A DNA stretch of 64,000 bases from Octopus vulgaris (GCA_951406725.2 OX597815.1:155186001-155250000); one strand, 5' to 3'; shown: positions 38,088 through 52,062, counted from the stretch's first letter. Notes: a model not told the origin generated them from the letters alone. Translations and numbers: made by a program.

Positions 38088-38794
38088 ATTTAGGATAACA
38101 GAAATCAATAGTAACAACCATAACAGTGCCAGATAATAGTTATTTTACTATTATAGAAGGACCTCTAAAAGTCATGAGATCTATCACTTTTTTTCTGACT
38201 AAATACTTAATAAATTAACTGAGCAGTTCATAGATATTAGCAAGTTGAATAGATCAATGTAGCATTCATTGTAAAATGTGAAAACGCTGCAATAAACCAA
38301 CGGCATATTTGAACTCATGAGTCAAGAACCGGAAGTCAAATACATTTTCACTTAACTCTTCATTATTCGCTATACATAAGGTCACTCTGAAGTAGAAATG
38401 TATTGATTTTTGATACATTCTTATCTCATTACATTGTTTTAAATTCCTATTCTCTGTTTCTTGACTTGACCTTTCTTCATTGACATTTCTTATTGGGTTA
38501 TTTGATGAAGATTTAATGAGGATTAGGTCATCAATATACAGATGTTGGTCCGAACAACTGGAAATGAATTTAAATAACAACCATTTGACAACTACATCGT
38601 GATATTGATTCTCTTTTACTAGGTCAGTTCTGTTTTTGCTATATAATATACAGTGAAACTGACTTCTCAATGTTATGCACGCTAAATCTCTTAACACTGC
38701 AATAGGATAAAAGTCATGGCCAAACCTGACAGATTTTGAACTTAAAATATTGAAATAATATACAAGGTATTCTTTTATTTGTTTATTATTATTT

Positions 38795-39121
38795 TTTTCC
38801 TTGTTTCAGTCATTTGACTGCGGCCATGCTGGATCACCGCTTTCAGGGGTTTTAGTCAAAGAAATCAACACCAGGACTTATTTTTAAGCCTTTTACTTAT
38901 TCTATCAGTCTCTTTTGCTGAACGACTGAGTTACGGGGGACGTAAACACACCAACACCACTTGTCAAGCGGTGATGGCGGCGATAAACACAGACACACAC
39001 ACACGCGTGTGGTGTGTGTGTGCTTATATATATATATATATATACATAGCGTTATACTAATACTTCTGTTTGTTTTGTACACCACCTGTCTTCGTCTTTT
39101 GTTTCTTTTTTCGTAAACTCT

Positions 39122-39167
<46 letters not shown>

Positions 39168-39295
39168 TGCGGACTTCTTTCAATTTCTGCCTACCAAAGC
39201 TTTGGTCGCCCCAAGTCTATAGTAGAAGGTACTGAAGGTACCACGCAGTGGGACTGAACCTGAGAAGCAAGTTTCTTACCATGCAGTCGCGCCAG
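38795..39295 (-). mobile_element. Degenerate family A SINE with a fragment of the 9508-type repeat (39048-39125) in its internal (TA)n
   Basis: Family A match at both ends; agcgttatactaatac.tctgtttgtttt matches 9733-9761. Confidence 0.75.
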
Positions 39296-39513
39296 TGTCT
39301 ATAGGTCCTAGCGTAGTACGGGAAATCACTGGCGAAAAGAACGATTAATACATCAGCAAGAAATAATTGGATATATGGGATATTGTTGGGAGCTCCAGTT
39401 TGGTCTTTCGAATTGCAAGATATAATAACCAAATATCCTACAAATCACAGCGTACTACCTGGAAAATGGAAGGATACTTTTATGTACCTGAAAAAAAAGA
39501 AGGAAGTCCAATA

Positions 39514-40653
39514 CAGTGATCCTTCATTTATCGCGGTACATTGGTTCCGAGACCGGCCGCGATAACTGAATTTCTGCGAAGTAGGGACACCATATTTACA
39601 GTATTTATTTAACGTGTACTTGGACTTTTAAAACCCTCCCTGTACTATTAACAACCCACTCATTACAGTAGTCTATTAATAACAAGGACAACTGTTAAAC
39701 AATAACACTTTTGAGTTTAAAAAAATAAAGATTGTTACTGTACTCAACATGAAAGAAGTTGAAATAAAATTTGAATGATGATGGTGATGAATTTGCTGCG
39801 CAGTAGAAATGATGATGATGAAGCTAACGGCGGTGCCCTTTCCAGGAACACCTCTTCCACTCCTTCCCAAGGTGCAACCGTATTAGTAGCAGCAGGAACT
39901 GGCTCTCTTTTGCGAGACTGCAAAAACATTGTGATAGGAAGTTGATGCTGCTTCTTTTTCCGTTCAAATAGCATCTTGTAGGGAGTCATGTCTTCGTCAA
40001 CTTGTTGCAAAATTGCACAGAACGAACCATGTCGTCCCATTCCTGTGACCCCTCTTTGAATTCTGTAGCCAGGTTGCAGAGCTTAGCCAGCCGTTCAAAA
40101 GTCAAGCCAGTTTGGTCGACAACTTCTTCCGTTTCTTGCTGCGTTTCTTCTTCTTCTTCTTCTTCTTCTTCTTCTTCTTCTTCTTCTTCTTCTTCTTCTT
40201 CTTCTTCTTCTTCTTCTTCTTCTTCTTCTTCTTCTTCTTCTTCTTTTTCTTCTTCTTCTTCTTCTTCGCTGGCCGACTTTGTCAAGTCTTCGAGGTCTGC
40301 GTCGGTTAGCGGCTGGGAGTGGCAGTCTAATAACGCGTCAATGTCTCCCGTGGTCACGTCTGCAAAGGTGTCACTTCCAGTGATCGCAGCCAACTGCAAA
40401 GCTTTCTGTACTGCGGAGTGTTGGATTTCGGCAGGTGTAAATCCCTTGTCGTCGTAAATAACCTCGGACCACAAAATTTTGCAGCTCGCGTTAATGGTAG
40501 CAGGCTTCATTTCTTGCAATGCCTTCTACCTTGGGAGCCATTGCAGGGGATTAAAACGCAAAGTTCAACGAAAACAAACAAAAAGAATCACACGCAGCAC
40601 AGCGTACAGTAGTACAGTAACCCACTCGGCGAGAAAGCTTGAAGCGAAATGAC

Positions 40654-40688
<35 letters not shown>

Positions 40689-40998
40689 AGAAAAGATGCT
40701 GCGGATCTGAGTATCGGTCAAAGCACCAATCACAGGCCAGATTACAAAATAGAAAGCTGTGATTTGTCCACTCTCTCCATTGCACCAATCACAGCCCGTC
40801 TGAAGTTCAAATACTTCTGTATATGCTTTTTTGCTATTTTACGCTTGTTTTGTTGTTCCTAGACTAGGAAATAATATTTATTATTAATATCTTAATAGAT
40901 TTAAGGAAAGATTTTAGGTGTCTATATATATATCTTTTTTTAATCCGCGAAGTCGTGAATCCGTGATAGTTGAACCGCGAAGTAGCGAGAGATCACTG
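39514..40998 (-). mobile_element. Internally deleted Tigger/pogo DNA transposon
   Basis: TIRs cagtgatcc../..gatcactg with TA on both sides and subterminal ccgcga repeats. ORF 39986-40519 (QEMKPATINA..LW..DIDALLDCHSQPLTDADLEDL plus acidic tract) resembles the Tigger transposase C-terminus. Confidence 0.85.
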
Positions 40999-41484
40999 TA
41001 TACATTATATCCAAAAAATAAAAGGGTGAGAAGGACACACCGATACTTGCCTTTCATCACATTCTTGCATGATGAAAACTGATCTTGAACTGAACAACAA
41101 TGACATAATAAAAGGTTAAATGAACAACGATTTTTTTATATATTATGTAAGCACCTCACATGAGATTCTAAAATCACTTTCAATTGACTTCTTTAGATTG
41201 AGAACCAGATTAAGTACTTCGCCTCATGAAACCTGCTTTTATTCAATGAATTTTATGCAGCAGAACTGTCTATGACTATCTAATAACAATTAAAATGCAA
41301 TATCTTCTCAATTACCTTCACATAGGAAATTATGAATAAACAATGAAAATCATTCGGCCGAGTGACAGGAGCAAGTTTTACAGGAATGACCTTAAACGAT
41401 TGACCTTAGAATAATTGACTGACCCTAGAATAATTGATTGAATCTAGTTTATTCGTGCTTCCTTTTGACCGAAAGTAATTATTT

Positions 41485-43050
41485 CTAGTTTAGGCACAAG
41501 GATAGCGATTTTGGAGAGGGGGAACGGAATCGATTTCATCGCGTAAGTACTAGGCTGTTACTACGTTTTATCAGAGTACAAACAGCTTGAACAACTATTG
41601 CAAGTTATTTTTCGGATGATCAATCGATTCTGCCAATTCTCGCAATTATTGATTAAATATAGTTGTTTGTAATTTAGGGACAAGCATGGCAATTTTAAAA
41701 GAACAGGATTAGTCGATTACTTCGAGACGGTTAACAGAATAGTACTTAATTTTACCAACACCGAAAGGATTGAAAGAAAAAGTTGACCACACCGGTATTT
41801 GAAGTCAGGATATAAAGAACTGGAGCAAATGACACAAAGCATTTTGCTCAGTGCTGTAAAGAATTTGCTAATACACCATCTTTATTGTCTCGAATTAATG
41901 GAGTTTGTTTATGGCACAAGTCCAGCAATTCTGAGGGAAGAAGTTAAGTAGATGATGGATCCCAGACTGGATGAAATGCCAAAATTTGAAACAATTTTTC
42001 GAACTGGCAAAATTGTTACAGCATCTTCCGACTTTTATGCGCTGAGTTCGAATTCTACTGAGGTCAGCTTTGCCTTTCATCCTCTCGGGGTCGATAAAAT
42101 AAAGTATCAGTCAAATACTAGGATCAATCTAATCGACTTGACTATAACTGCTGGTCTTGTGCAAAAAATTCAAAGAATCATCATCATCCTCATCATCATC
42201 ATCCTCATCATCATCATTGAATGAGAGAGCAGTGCATGCCATCAACGTGACACTGGGGCAAAATATACGAAGCTCAATATACCCATCATGACTACCCATC
42301 TGATAAGAGTACACCAGGCACATGCATTACAGCCATATGTGCGCAACATGGTGATCTCATATCAAGATAAACAGCACATGAACTTGCAGGTGGCACCCAG
42401 TTAGAATTTTCTACAGGTCGAGTAGTCCATCCCGTTCAAAAATTCCCTGAATAATGGTTGTTTAAGGACGTTGAATGAAACACTCGTTTCCACGGATGAA
42501 TTATTCAAACCCCTAAAGAATTCTTCTGAACACTTGTCTGTGATGTTCCCCCACGACTCCTGCTTGTGATTAGAGCTACATATATTGTCAGCCACTAAGG
42601 ACATGCTCAGCCAGGGAGATTCAAACAACTGACAGAATATTTTTTGTAGCCCATCTTTTATAACAAGATTAAACATGTACATGATAACACTTCCAATCAG
42701 ATAAGATCAATCGCTACGTTCTGAGTTCAAGCTCCGCCGAGATCGACTATGCCTTTCATCCTTTTGGGGTCGATAAATCAAGTACCAGTGAACCACTGGG
42801 GTCGACATAATCGACTAGTGCACATCACCAAAATTTCAGGCCTTGAGCCTATAGTAGAAAGGATTATTATCATTATCATTATTATTAACTCCTAGCTCTT
42901 TACATCTTGTTTTCAAATCACGCTGAGGTCATCTTTAACAGTAATCTTCCCGAAGCCGATAAAATAGCGTACCAGCCAAAAACTTGGGTCTACGGTATTG
43001 ACTTCTCCATCCTTCAAAATGGTTGTCTTGTCACTAAATGAGAAACCATT
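41485..43050. mobile_element. Cluster of degenerate family N SINEs (minus ~41485-41880 and 41895-41965; plus ~42020-42180, 42712-42870, 42895-43050)
   Basis: Repeated gcctttcatcc..ggggtcgataaa..agtaccag..ctggggtcga core. Confidence 0.7.
42216..42708 (-). mobile_element. Unclassified ~550-bp interspersed repeat (family T), adjoining a (CAT)n tract
   Basis: Reverse complement of 45497-46015. Confidence 0.8.
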
Positions 43051-43477
43051 ATCATTTTTCTTTTTTCTGTTCTAGAGAGATAGAGATATCAATTTCTCAA
43101 TGGAGAGGATATTGTTTCTCATGATAAAGATAAGACAATAACTCCGCTACGTCTTGAACTTATGACTTTTAACAGAGTAATTTAAGCAATTTCTGCATTA
43201 TTCCACCATTATATTTCATCTCACCTATACTCCTAGTGAAGTAAAACTGATAACTTTAATTACGCTACGATAACATTAACACTCATGCACACACACACAC
43301 ACACACACATAAGCAAAGTAACGTCTCGCTGTAACTATTCTGTTGGTTAGCCTTCCATCTCTCTTTCTCTTCCTCTCATAAATACGTAGTCGTACTATAC
43401 CACACACCATCGGCCTTTTTATGTTCTCACACCCAGAGACACACAAACTCACAAACTTTCGCTGTGCTTCTCTTTCC

Positions 43478-43530
<53 letters not shown>

Positions 43531-43752
43531 AGTCTGCCTGTCTGTTTATTTGTCTATCTACCTATCTACCTATTTACCTCTCTATCAGTCTAACTATCCA
43601 TTTGTCATCTTTCATTCCCCCCTCTCTCTCTCTCGTTCTCTCTCTCAGCTGTCGTTGTAATTAATTCTCTATCTCAAACTCACTCTCTCAGCCCTACTCA
43701 TTTTCTCTACATTTCTTTGTATTGTACAGACATACATACAAATGTGCACACT

Positions 43753-43789
<37 letters not shown>

Positions 43790-44249
43790 TCACACTCATA
43801 GACTTTGCATATACACGCTCAAATTTATATGCATACATACATACATACATACATACATACATACATACATACATACATACATACATGCATACACATTCCT
43901 CTTTATTTCCTTTCACCATTCACAGACACAGAAACACTCACACTATCGCTCACGTAGACATCCATTTTCTGACTTTCTCTCCTACTATTATATTTCTCTC
44001 ATTCACTCACTTACTCGTCACCCTTTCTATTTTCTTTTCCTTTGCCTCCGTCTCCCACTATTCCCTCCTCTCTCACACTCCCACTCTTTCACTTTTCCTT
44101 TCTCATACTCTCACTCTGCTTAAAATTACTCTGACCGCCATTTTGACCTCACTTTATTGTAGCCTTTATTAATCTCTAGTTTTAATCATAATTATTATTA
44201 TTTATAACGTAACATAAGCATGAGACAATAACTATATGAAGAGAGTGCA

Positions 44250-45376
44250 TTCGACTAAATCCATATCAGTATCTAACTGGTATTTTATTTTATCGTCGCA
44301 ATTACAATGGAAGAAAACATTCGTTTCGGCTGAATTTGTACTGAGAAAGTAGATATCGAGAACAAATATTGTAAAGAACTATTCCAGCGCTCTAATGATA
44401 CTGAAAATTCACCAAACAACAATAATAGTAGCAACAATAATAATCCTTCCTACGAAAGGCCTGACATTTGGGGGAAGGGAGAGTTGATTACATTGACCCC
44501 CACTACACAACTGGTACTTATTTCATCGATTTGGAAAGAACGAAAGCCAAAGTCGACCTTGGCTGAATATCAACTCAGAACGTAGAGACCGACGAAATGC
44601 TGCTAAGCATCTTTCCCAAGCGTGTTACCGATTCTCTCAGCTCGCCGCCTTCGACAACAACAATGATAACCCTTTCTACTATAGGCACAAGGCCTGAAAT
44701 TGTGACATGGGCGAGAAGGAAGTGGGAGAGTCAATTTCATCGAACCCAGTGTTTCACTGGAATTTAACTTGTCGACCTCCGAAAGAATGAAAGGTAATGT
44801 CGTTCTCAACAGAATTTGAACTCAGAACGCAAAGACGGACGAAATGTCGACAAGTATTTTGTCCGGCGTACAACGATTCCGCCAGCTGGCCGCCTTTACA
44901 ACAACAACAATAACAAAGACGATGAAGATGGCAACCAGAACAATAATTACAATAGTTTAAAATTTCAGTACATGGCCAGCAATTGGGTAGTGGGATTATC
45001 GATTACATTGGCTCTAGTACCTGATTGGTACTTTATTTTATCGATCACGAAACGATGAAAAGCAATGTCGTCCTCAAAACATAAAGATCTGGAAGAAATA
45101 GCGCTAAGCATTTTGTCCGACGTATCAACGATTCTGCCAGCTCACTGCCTTAACAACAATAATAATAATGATTTCAAATTTTGATACAAAACTATCAAGT
45201 TTGGGATAGGGGGTAAGTCGATTACAGCGACCCCAGTATTATATTAGCATTCACTTTATCGACCGAAAGGATGAAAATCAAAGTCGATCTCGGCGGAATT
45301 TCACTCAGAACGTAACGATGGGCGAATTACCTCTAAGCATTTCGTCCAGCATGCTGACGATTCTGCCAGCTCGCTG

Positions 45377-45380
<4 letters not shown>
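44250..45380 (-). mobile_element. Head-to-tail array of five family N SINEs
   Basis: Copies at ~44250-44414, 44440-44651, 44665-44896, 44955-45151 and 45168-45380. Most end in gattc..cagct..c.gc and they are separated by (AAC/AAT)n. Confidence 0.8.
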
Positions 45381-45457
<77 letters not shown>

Positions 45458-45459
<2 letters not shown>

Positions 45460-46012
45460 GCCCTTATGCAGTACCAGACAATGGCTCTCATGGCTTCTGA
45501 TCTTATCTGATTGGAGGTGTTATCATGTACATTGTTTTGTCTTGGTATAAAAAATGGTATACAGCAAATATTCTGCTGAATACCACAGATTTGCTTGTCA
45601 GTTGTTTGACCTTAACCAGTTGACCATGTCCCTTAGTGGCTGACGATATGTGCATCTCTGATCATGAGCAGAGATAGTGGGGGAGCATCATAGCCATGTG
45701 TTGAAAGGAATTCCTAGAGGTTTGGATAATTTACCTTTGGAAACATGGGTGGTTCGTTCAACATTCTTAAACAATCCTTATTCAGGGACCTTTTGAGTGG
45801 GATGGGCTACTCGACCAGAAGAAAATGCTCACTGGGTCCCACCTGCAAGGTCATGAGCTGTTTATCTTGGTATGAGATCACCATATTGCGCACATATGGT
45901 TGTGATGCATATGCCTGGTATACCCTTATCAGATGGGTAGTCATGATGGTTATACTGGACTTCATATATTTTACCCCAGTGCCACTTTCATGGCATGCAC
46001 TGCTCTTTCACT
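45458..46012 (+). mobile_element. Family T repeat inserted in (TAA)n
   Basis: (TAA)n on both sides (45381-45457, 46014-46034); homologous to 42216-42708. Confidence 0.8.
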
Positions 46013-46095
46013 CAATAATAATAATAATAATAATATTTTCTGATTTTGATACACGACCAGCAATTTTCGGGGAATTATTGCTCGATACCTTCAGT

Positions 46096-46164
<69 letters not shown>

Positions 46165-46175
46165 ACAGTAGTATC

Positions 46176-46231
<56 letters not shown>

Positions 46232-46691
46232 CAGCATCAGTAGTATTAGTACTATTCCCCTCATCTATACCGCTGTGCGTAATAAAAGAAAAGAATAGTA
46301 GAAGCAGCAGCAGCTGCTGTTATTATAGTAGTGATACTAATGATGGTAGCAGTAGTAATGTCAGAATTGCGATTGCATTGGCAACTTTTACCTTTAAAAC
46401 AACCCAACCACCAGCCCCGCCTCGTTTTCATCCCCAACTCAAAGTAAAGGAACCGCTCGGAACGGAAACCGTGACCTCTTCTCATTACTTGCGGCATGCT
46501 TTGACCTCCAACTCAAAAGACAATCGCCATAGATTACGTTATCGCTTTCGAACACGTTTGAATAATCATTCGACATAAGCACGCGCGCGCGCACCCACAC
46601 ACATTCACAAACACACACACACATACCTGAGAATGCGTACATACATGCACATATGTAGGAACACGCACATACGCATAATCACAAATACACT

Positions 46692-46725
<34 letters not shown>

Positions 46726-46777
46726 TGCATTTGCTGTTCGACGCCATCATTTCGTAATGACGCTAATCTGCCCAGTC

Positions 46778-46824
<47 letters not shown>

Positions 46825-47148
46825 TATCAATTTCATCATCCAAATCAGCATCATCATTATTATCGGCGAAGGCGAAGGCGATGAAGGCGGTGACGGTGGT
46901 TGCAGCGTCGAGAGAGTTATCACTACCACTAACATCATCATCATCATCATCATCATCTTTCTCGTTTATCAATGTTGTCGTCGATGTCGCCTTCATCATC
47001 CAGGTCGTAACCCCATCATTACCATCACCATCATCGCTACCACCATCAATAGCAATCTCTCATTCTTCTTCCTCTCCTCTGCATCCTCCTCATCCTCCCC
47101 ATCACCATCATTATCATCATCATCATCGTCGTCATCTTCATCACCATC

Positions 47149-47211
<63 letters not shown>

Positions 47212-47375
47212 TATCATTATCATAGTTGTTGTCGTCGTCATCATTGTCTATTGTCAATGTTATCAGTAAATTTGTTTGGTTAATTATACTTCCTGTCTGC
47301 AATTCCTGAAAGAACAAAAAAGAAAATGAAGAAAGAAAGAAAATGGAAGAAGGAAAGAAAATAAATAATGAGCGA

Positions 47376-47415
<40 letters not shown>

Positions 47416-47443
47416 AGGAAGGAAAGAAAGAGCGAAAGCTGGA

Positions 47444-47539
<96 letters not shown>

Positions 47540-47582
47540 AACGAATAAACAAAGAAAAAAGAAACAAACAAACAAACAAGCA

Positions 47583-47646
<64 letters not shown>

Positions 47647-47860
47647 ATGTCTGAAAGAAAGATGTACGAAAACTGATCGAAAGACAGAGAGATAAATGGA
47701 AAAAGTAAAAAAGGGTAAGAAAAAACGGTAAAAGGCGAAAAGAAAGCAAAAACGAAGGAAAAGAGATATCAAAGAGCCAATAGTCAGAATGGAAAACGAG
47801 AATAAGATGGAGAGAATGAACGAGAGATAGAGAGAGAAAGTCAGGAGAGTGGGGAGAGAA

Positions 47861-47906
<46 letters not shown>
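46096..47906. repeat. Microsatellite-rich block: (TAG)n, (CA)n, (CAT)n, (GAAA)n, (GA)n
   Basis: Directly visible; explains the poly-V/H/I/M/KERK ORFs. Confidence 0.9.
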
Positions 47907-48525
47907 ATAGAAAGAGAAAGACATAACGGGAGAAGACTAAGTTGCTAAATGACCAGCTGTAACCATCTTAGTCCTCCCACCTCAGCAATTAATTTTCTGG
48001 ATATCGTCATGAAGCTTTCACCGAAGAAGCAAAGTGGATAGGAGGAGCCAGAGGTGGGGTAAGAGGCGCAAGAGAAGGAGGTAAAAACAGTGAATGAAAT
48101 CAAACGTTTAACTGTTTTCATTATTTTTTCTCGGTGTATTGTGCCTTCTTTGCCTGATGCCACATGCCACAAGAAATAAGCGAGATCACTGAGAGTATTC
48201 CATTCCGTTGCATCCTTACCGAATAATTATTCTTTTGTTCCATTTTAAATTGCGTGTTACATTTGCAGATGGTAAATACTGATATTTTAAGCAAGGTTTG
48301 TATGTTTCTTGGTGTAGAAATGGTAGCTAATGGTGATACTGCTGCAATGGGTAAAATCTTTTTTGTTGTTGTTACAGTTGCTGTTGTTGATTTTACTCAT
48401 CTGGATATTTTTGTTGCATTTCTACTTCCACTGTTATTCTTAATGTTTATTTTTCTTTCGTTTTTGTTTTGTTTTTATGCTGAGTTTTGTGAACAATAGT
48501 GTCCCTTATTATAGGTTTGTAAAAA

Positions 48526-49091
48526 TTGAGTTGTCCGGAAAGTTCGTGCCGATTTTTAAAAGAAAGAAAAAGGTCAATAAATACTTGCCGTTATATTTTT
48601 AATCAACCAAATATGAACCATTTTGTTGCACAATGCGTCTCCATCTTTGCTTCAACTTGAAAATACCCTCTTCCCAGAATTGAGGTGGTTTCATGGCAAA
48701 GAATTCATCAAGGTATCTTTTTACATCATCTAAGGAATTGAAATGTTTACCATTAAGACTATTCTACAGAGACCTGAATAAGTGGAAATCCGAAGGAGCA
48801 ATATCTGGTGAATATGGAGGGTGGGGTAACACATCCAATCTGAACTGCAGCAATTTTTGTCTGTTTCCCAAAGCATCAAGTGCCGAAAATGAACTTTCTT
48901 GTCTTCCCTTTTAAAGGGTTACTGAATTAACACAGGTTATAGGAACATAAACCTTCTTCCACAAAAAGATAGCTTAAAGTGTGCTCTAAATGGAGGTGTA
49001 GTGAAATCCTATTTTATGGTCTCAAACATGTTCTAAAATAAGTCGAAAGGTAAGCTACTATAAATCGGCACGAACTTTCCAGACAACCTAA
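48526..49091 (-). mobile_element. Internally deleted copy of the 7359-8633 mariner family
   Basis: Same TIRs and terminal sequence; junction near 48872 (ttcccaa-ag-catcaagtgcc) removes ~700 bp. Confidence 0.9.
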
Positions 49092-49761
49092 TAATATCGG
49101 TTAGAAAACACAGGTTAAATGATTTATTATAGTGTTAAAGTTAAAACATTAACACTGAAGGTCATTAAGATAGGTTCTTATCCAAATTCTATAAAATCAA
49201 CAGCATTTAAATACAATAGTTATGTTTCAGTTCATAAGGATGACACGCAAATTCGTGAAGCGTTCCATATATCTAATGGCGATGCCCCAGCATGGCCACA
49301 GCTCGTGAGCTGAAACTAGATAAAATGAAAAAAAAAGATTGTTTTGGAGAGAGCTCAGACTTTTAACCAAATGCAACTTAGATATACGAAGAAATTGTTC
49401 CAGTGAAATACCATTATGCCTTTGATATGTGTGAGTTGATGATCTGTATATCTAATCTCATTGGTCAAAATTCAGTCAGAAGCTTCCTTTCTCTTAGAAG
49501 TTTATATATATATATCGTCCATTTAATTAGACATGTTATTTATGAATTTTGAAGATAACTGCAATAACAGGCTTTCGAAACGTGACAATAAAAGTTTAAA
49601 GACAAATAAGATTATAGTTTTCTTGAATAACTTTACAAATTTTTGTAGTAAAGAAACTTTTGTTCATACAATATCTTTATTTCATTTCTCAAAGCCTCTT
49701 TCTCTCTCTCTCTCTCTCCCTCTTTCTCTCTCTCCCCTCTTTCTCTCTCTCTCCCCCTCTT

Positions 49762-49792
<31 letters not shown>

Positions 49793-50809
49793 ATATATAT
49801 ATATACATATAGGTATAAGAAAGTAATTGGGGTTAGATCAGCCAGTGACATTAATATGAAGCTGAAAGGGGTAATGCATAGAAACTATGTTGGGTAGTTG
49901 TGCAGAAAGACAGCAAATGCAGCAATTATTTTTACATATATACAAGAGTTTATTTTTACATTTTCCATCAATACTGTATAGACTTGAATTGTATAAGTCG
50001 TGAGATAATCATTAATGAAACTAATATAAAATATCAGTCAAAAATAGTATGCAACATTTCAGGATGTCATATAAAGGAACAGCAAGCGTTAATGCAAAAG
50101 AGCAAGATGCGCACATACATTAGAAGAAATACGTTATACAAATGTTCAAGAATTAATTTTCACTTACTAAATAACTTGTAAAGTATTATGTCAGATGGAG
50201 TATTTTGTGAATTAGTTTCTCTAGGGTGGTACAATAAAGGAAAGAAAATAAACATATTTTTATCGGAAAAGAGTTTACTGTTTTGGAGATTCGTTCAGTA
50301 CAACATGTGTCAGAACAGATCCGATTCGAAGTAGAGATTCATGCAAGGGATGTTGAAGAATATGTAACCGTAAGCTGCGATGGCTTGTAACATTAGTATA
50401 AGTTGTATTAATTGTTTAACTATGCATCCTTTCATATTATCAATGTTCATTCAACTTAATCGAAGTTGAATTAATTTGTGAAAGGCAACTGGATATGTGT
50501 GGTCTGTATTATTCGAATTAAACTGTAAAATACCTGTCTCATAAATAAACGGGCTACATTGCTAAAGAAAGCTTATGTATCGCGATAAGTGAGCTGCATA
50601 GCAGATGGTTGCTTTAACGGTCACTGATTTGTAATTAGTTTGTATGGTTCCTTCACAAAGCAGTTGGTAAAATGGCTCTCGTGAGCTAGTGATGAAAATA
50701 CCCGAAATAGACGTGATTTATTATGCTAGTCATCTGACTTATCTGTTAGCATCCAATCTGTAGAGAAACGAAATTGTGAATTGCATCTTCATTTATAATC
50801 ATACACATA

Positions 50810-52062
50810 CAACGGTCGGCAGCAAAGTTCATTGGCTGACCAAGATGCTTTCATGAAAATTGACCAAATGAGGTCACACTTCTTCCGTCGGTGTTGTAGT
50901 ACTTGGATCCCAATGGTGAAAAACCTTTCATCTTCTCGGTCAAAAATGACATCATCAACGGCAGGTATGATGTCATCATTGCTTTCCTACTGGTTCCCAG
51001 CCAAGTCGTTTTTCCTGTTGGAGAATATATGATAGTCAGATGGGGCCAAATCAGGTGAAAAGAGAGTGTGATCAATCAGTTCAAAGTCACAATCTTGCAC
51101 AACAGCCTTTGAGATCAATGCCTTGTGCAGAAGCATTGTTCTCACAAAAGATCCCTTATCGTCAGTTTTCCTGGGCGCGTGGTCTTGATAGACTTTCGTA
51201 ACATCCTCAGCAAGTTGGCGTAGAACGCACCATTGATGATGTGGCCATTTTGAAGATAAATACAATACTTTTTCACATCAAAATACTGAGGCCGTCAACT
51301 TCCCTGCAGATGAAACAATCTTGGCCTTCTTCTCAACAGGTGGGGAGAGGTGTTTCCACTAGATAGATTCTTTTTTTTTTTTCGTCTCTGGTTCAAAGTC
51401 ATAAGCCAGTGTAACTCATCCTGGGTTATGAAACGTTCGAGGAAACCAACTGGATCTATCCGAGACAATGTCATTTTCCTTTGATTCGATGAGGCTGATG
51501 CGTTTTTAAGTGTCAGTAAACATGGCACCCACCGAACAGAAACCTTCGTCATGCCAAGTTCAATGTGTAGAATATTCTCAACTCTCTCGTGAGATATGCT
51601 GATAATATTGGCTATTTGATTTATAGTTAATGGCCAGCTATCGATCAGCATGTGGTGAACTTGATCAATGTTTTCCTCGGTGATGGTACTTTGCGGGACG
51701 TCCAGACATTGCGTCATCTTCAAGACTTCCCATTTCCGTCCTAAATTCAGCCGCACACTTTTGCACTGTTGCTAAAGTTGGAGCGTAATCTAATATAGCA
51801 ACCATGTCAGCATGAATGTCTTTGTGGACTTAAATATTTTTATGCCCGTACTTGATAACACCATGATGCCAAATTTTGTTGATTTTTCAAGAGAAATCAC
51901 TACTAGTTACTTTTGAAAAGTTTTGAACAGACAGATTTTTCTTTATCCAAAAAGAAACAATACAGTCATTGATAAGAAGAGTTGAAATTAATGCAAGCAA
52001 GAATTAACAGTTCTAGCATCACTCCATCATAGTCTGCCTATGAACTTTTCCACTCACCCACT
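50810..52062 (-). mobile_element. Near full-length mariner transposon (different family), transposase pseudogene
   Basis: TIR core aaagttcat.ggc.gac at both ends with TA flanks. Broken frames include VENILHIELGMTKVSVRWVPCLLT, FITQDE and HTLFSPDLAPSDYHIF. Confidence 0.9.

Noticed and set aside
45745-46578. 277-aa ORF
   Set aside because: Chance read-through across a repeat element, (TAA)n and (TAG)n tracts.
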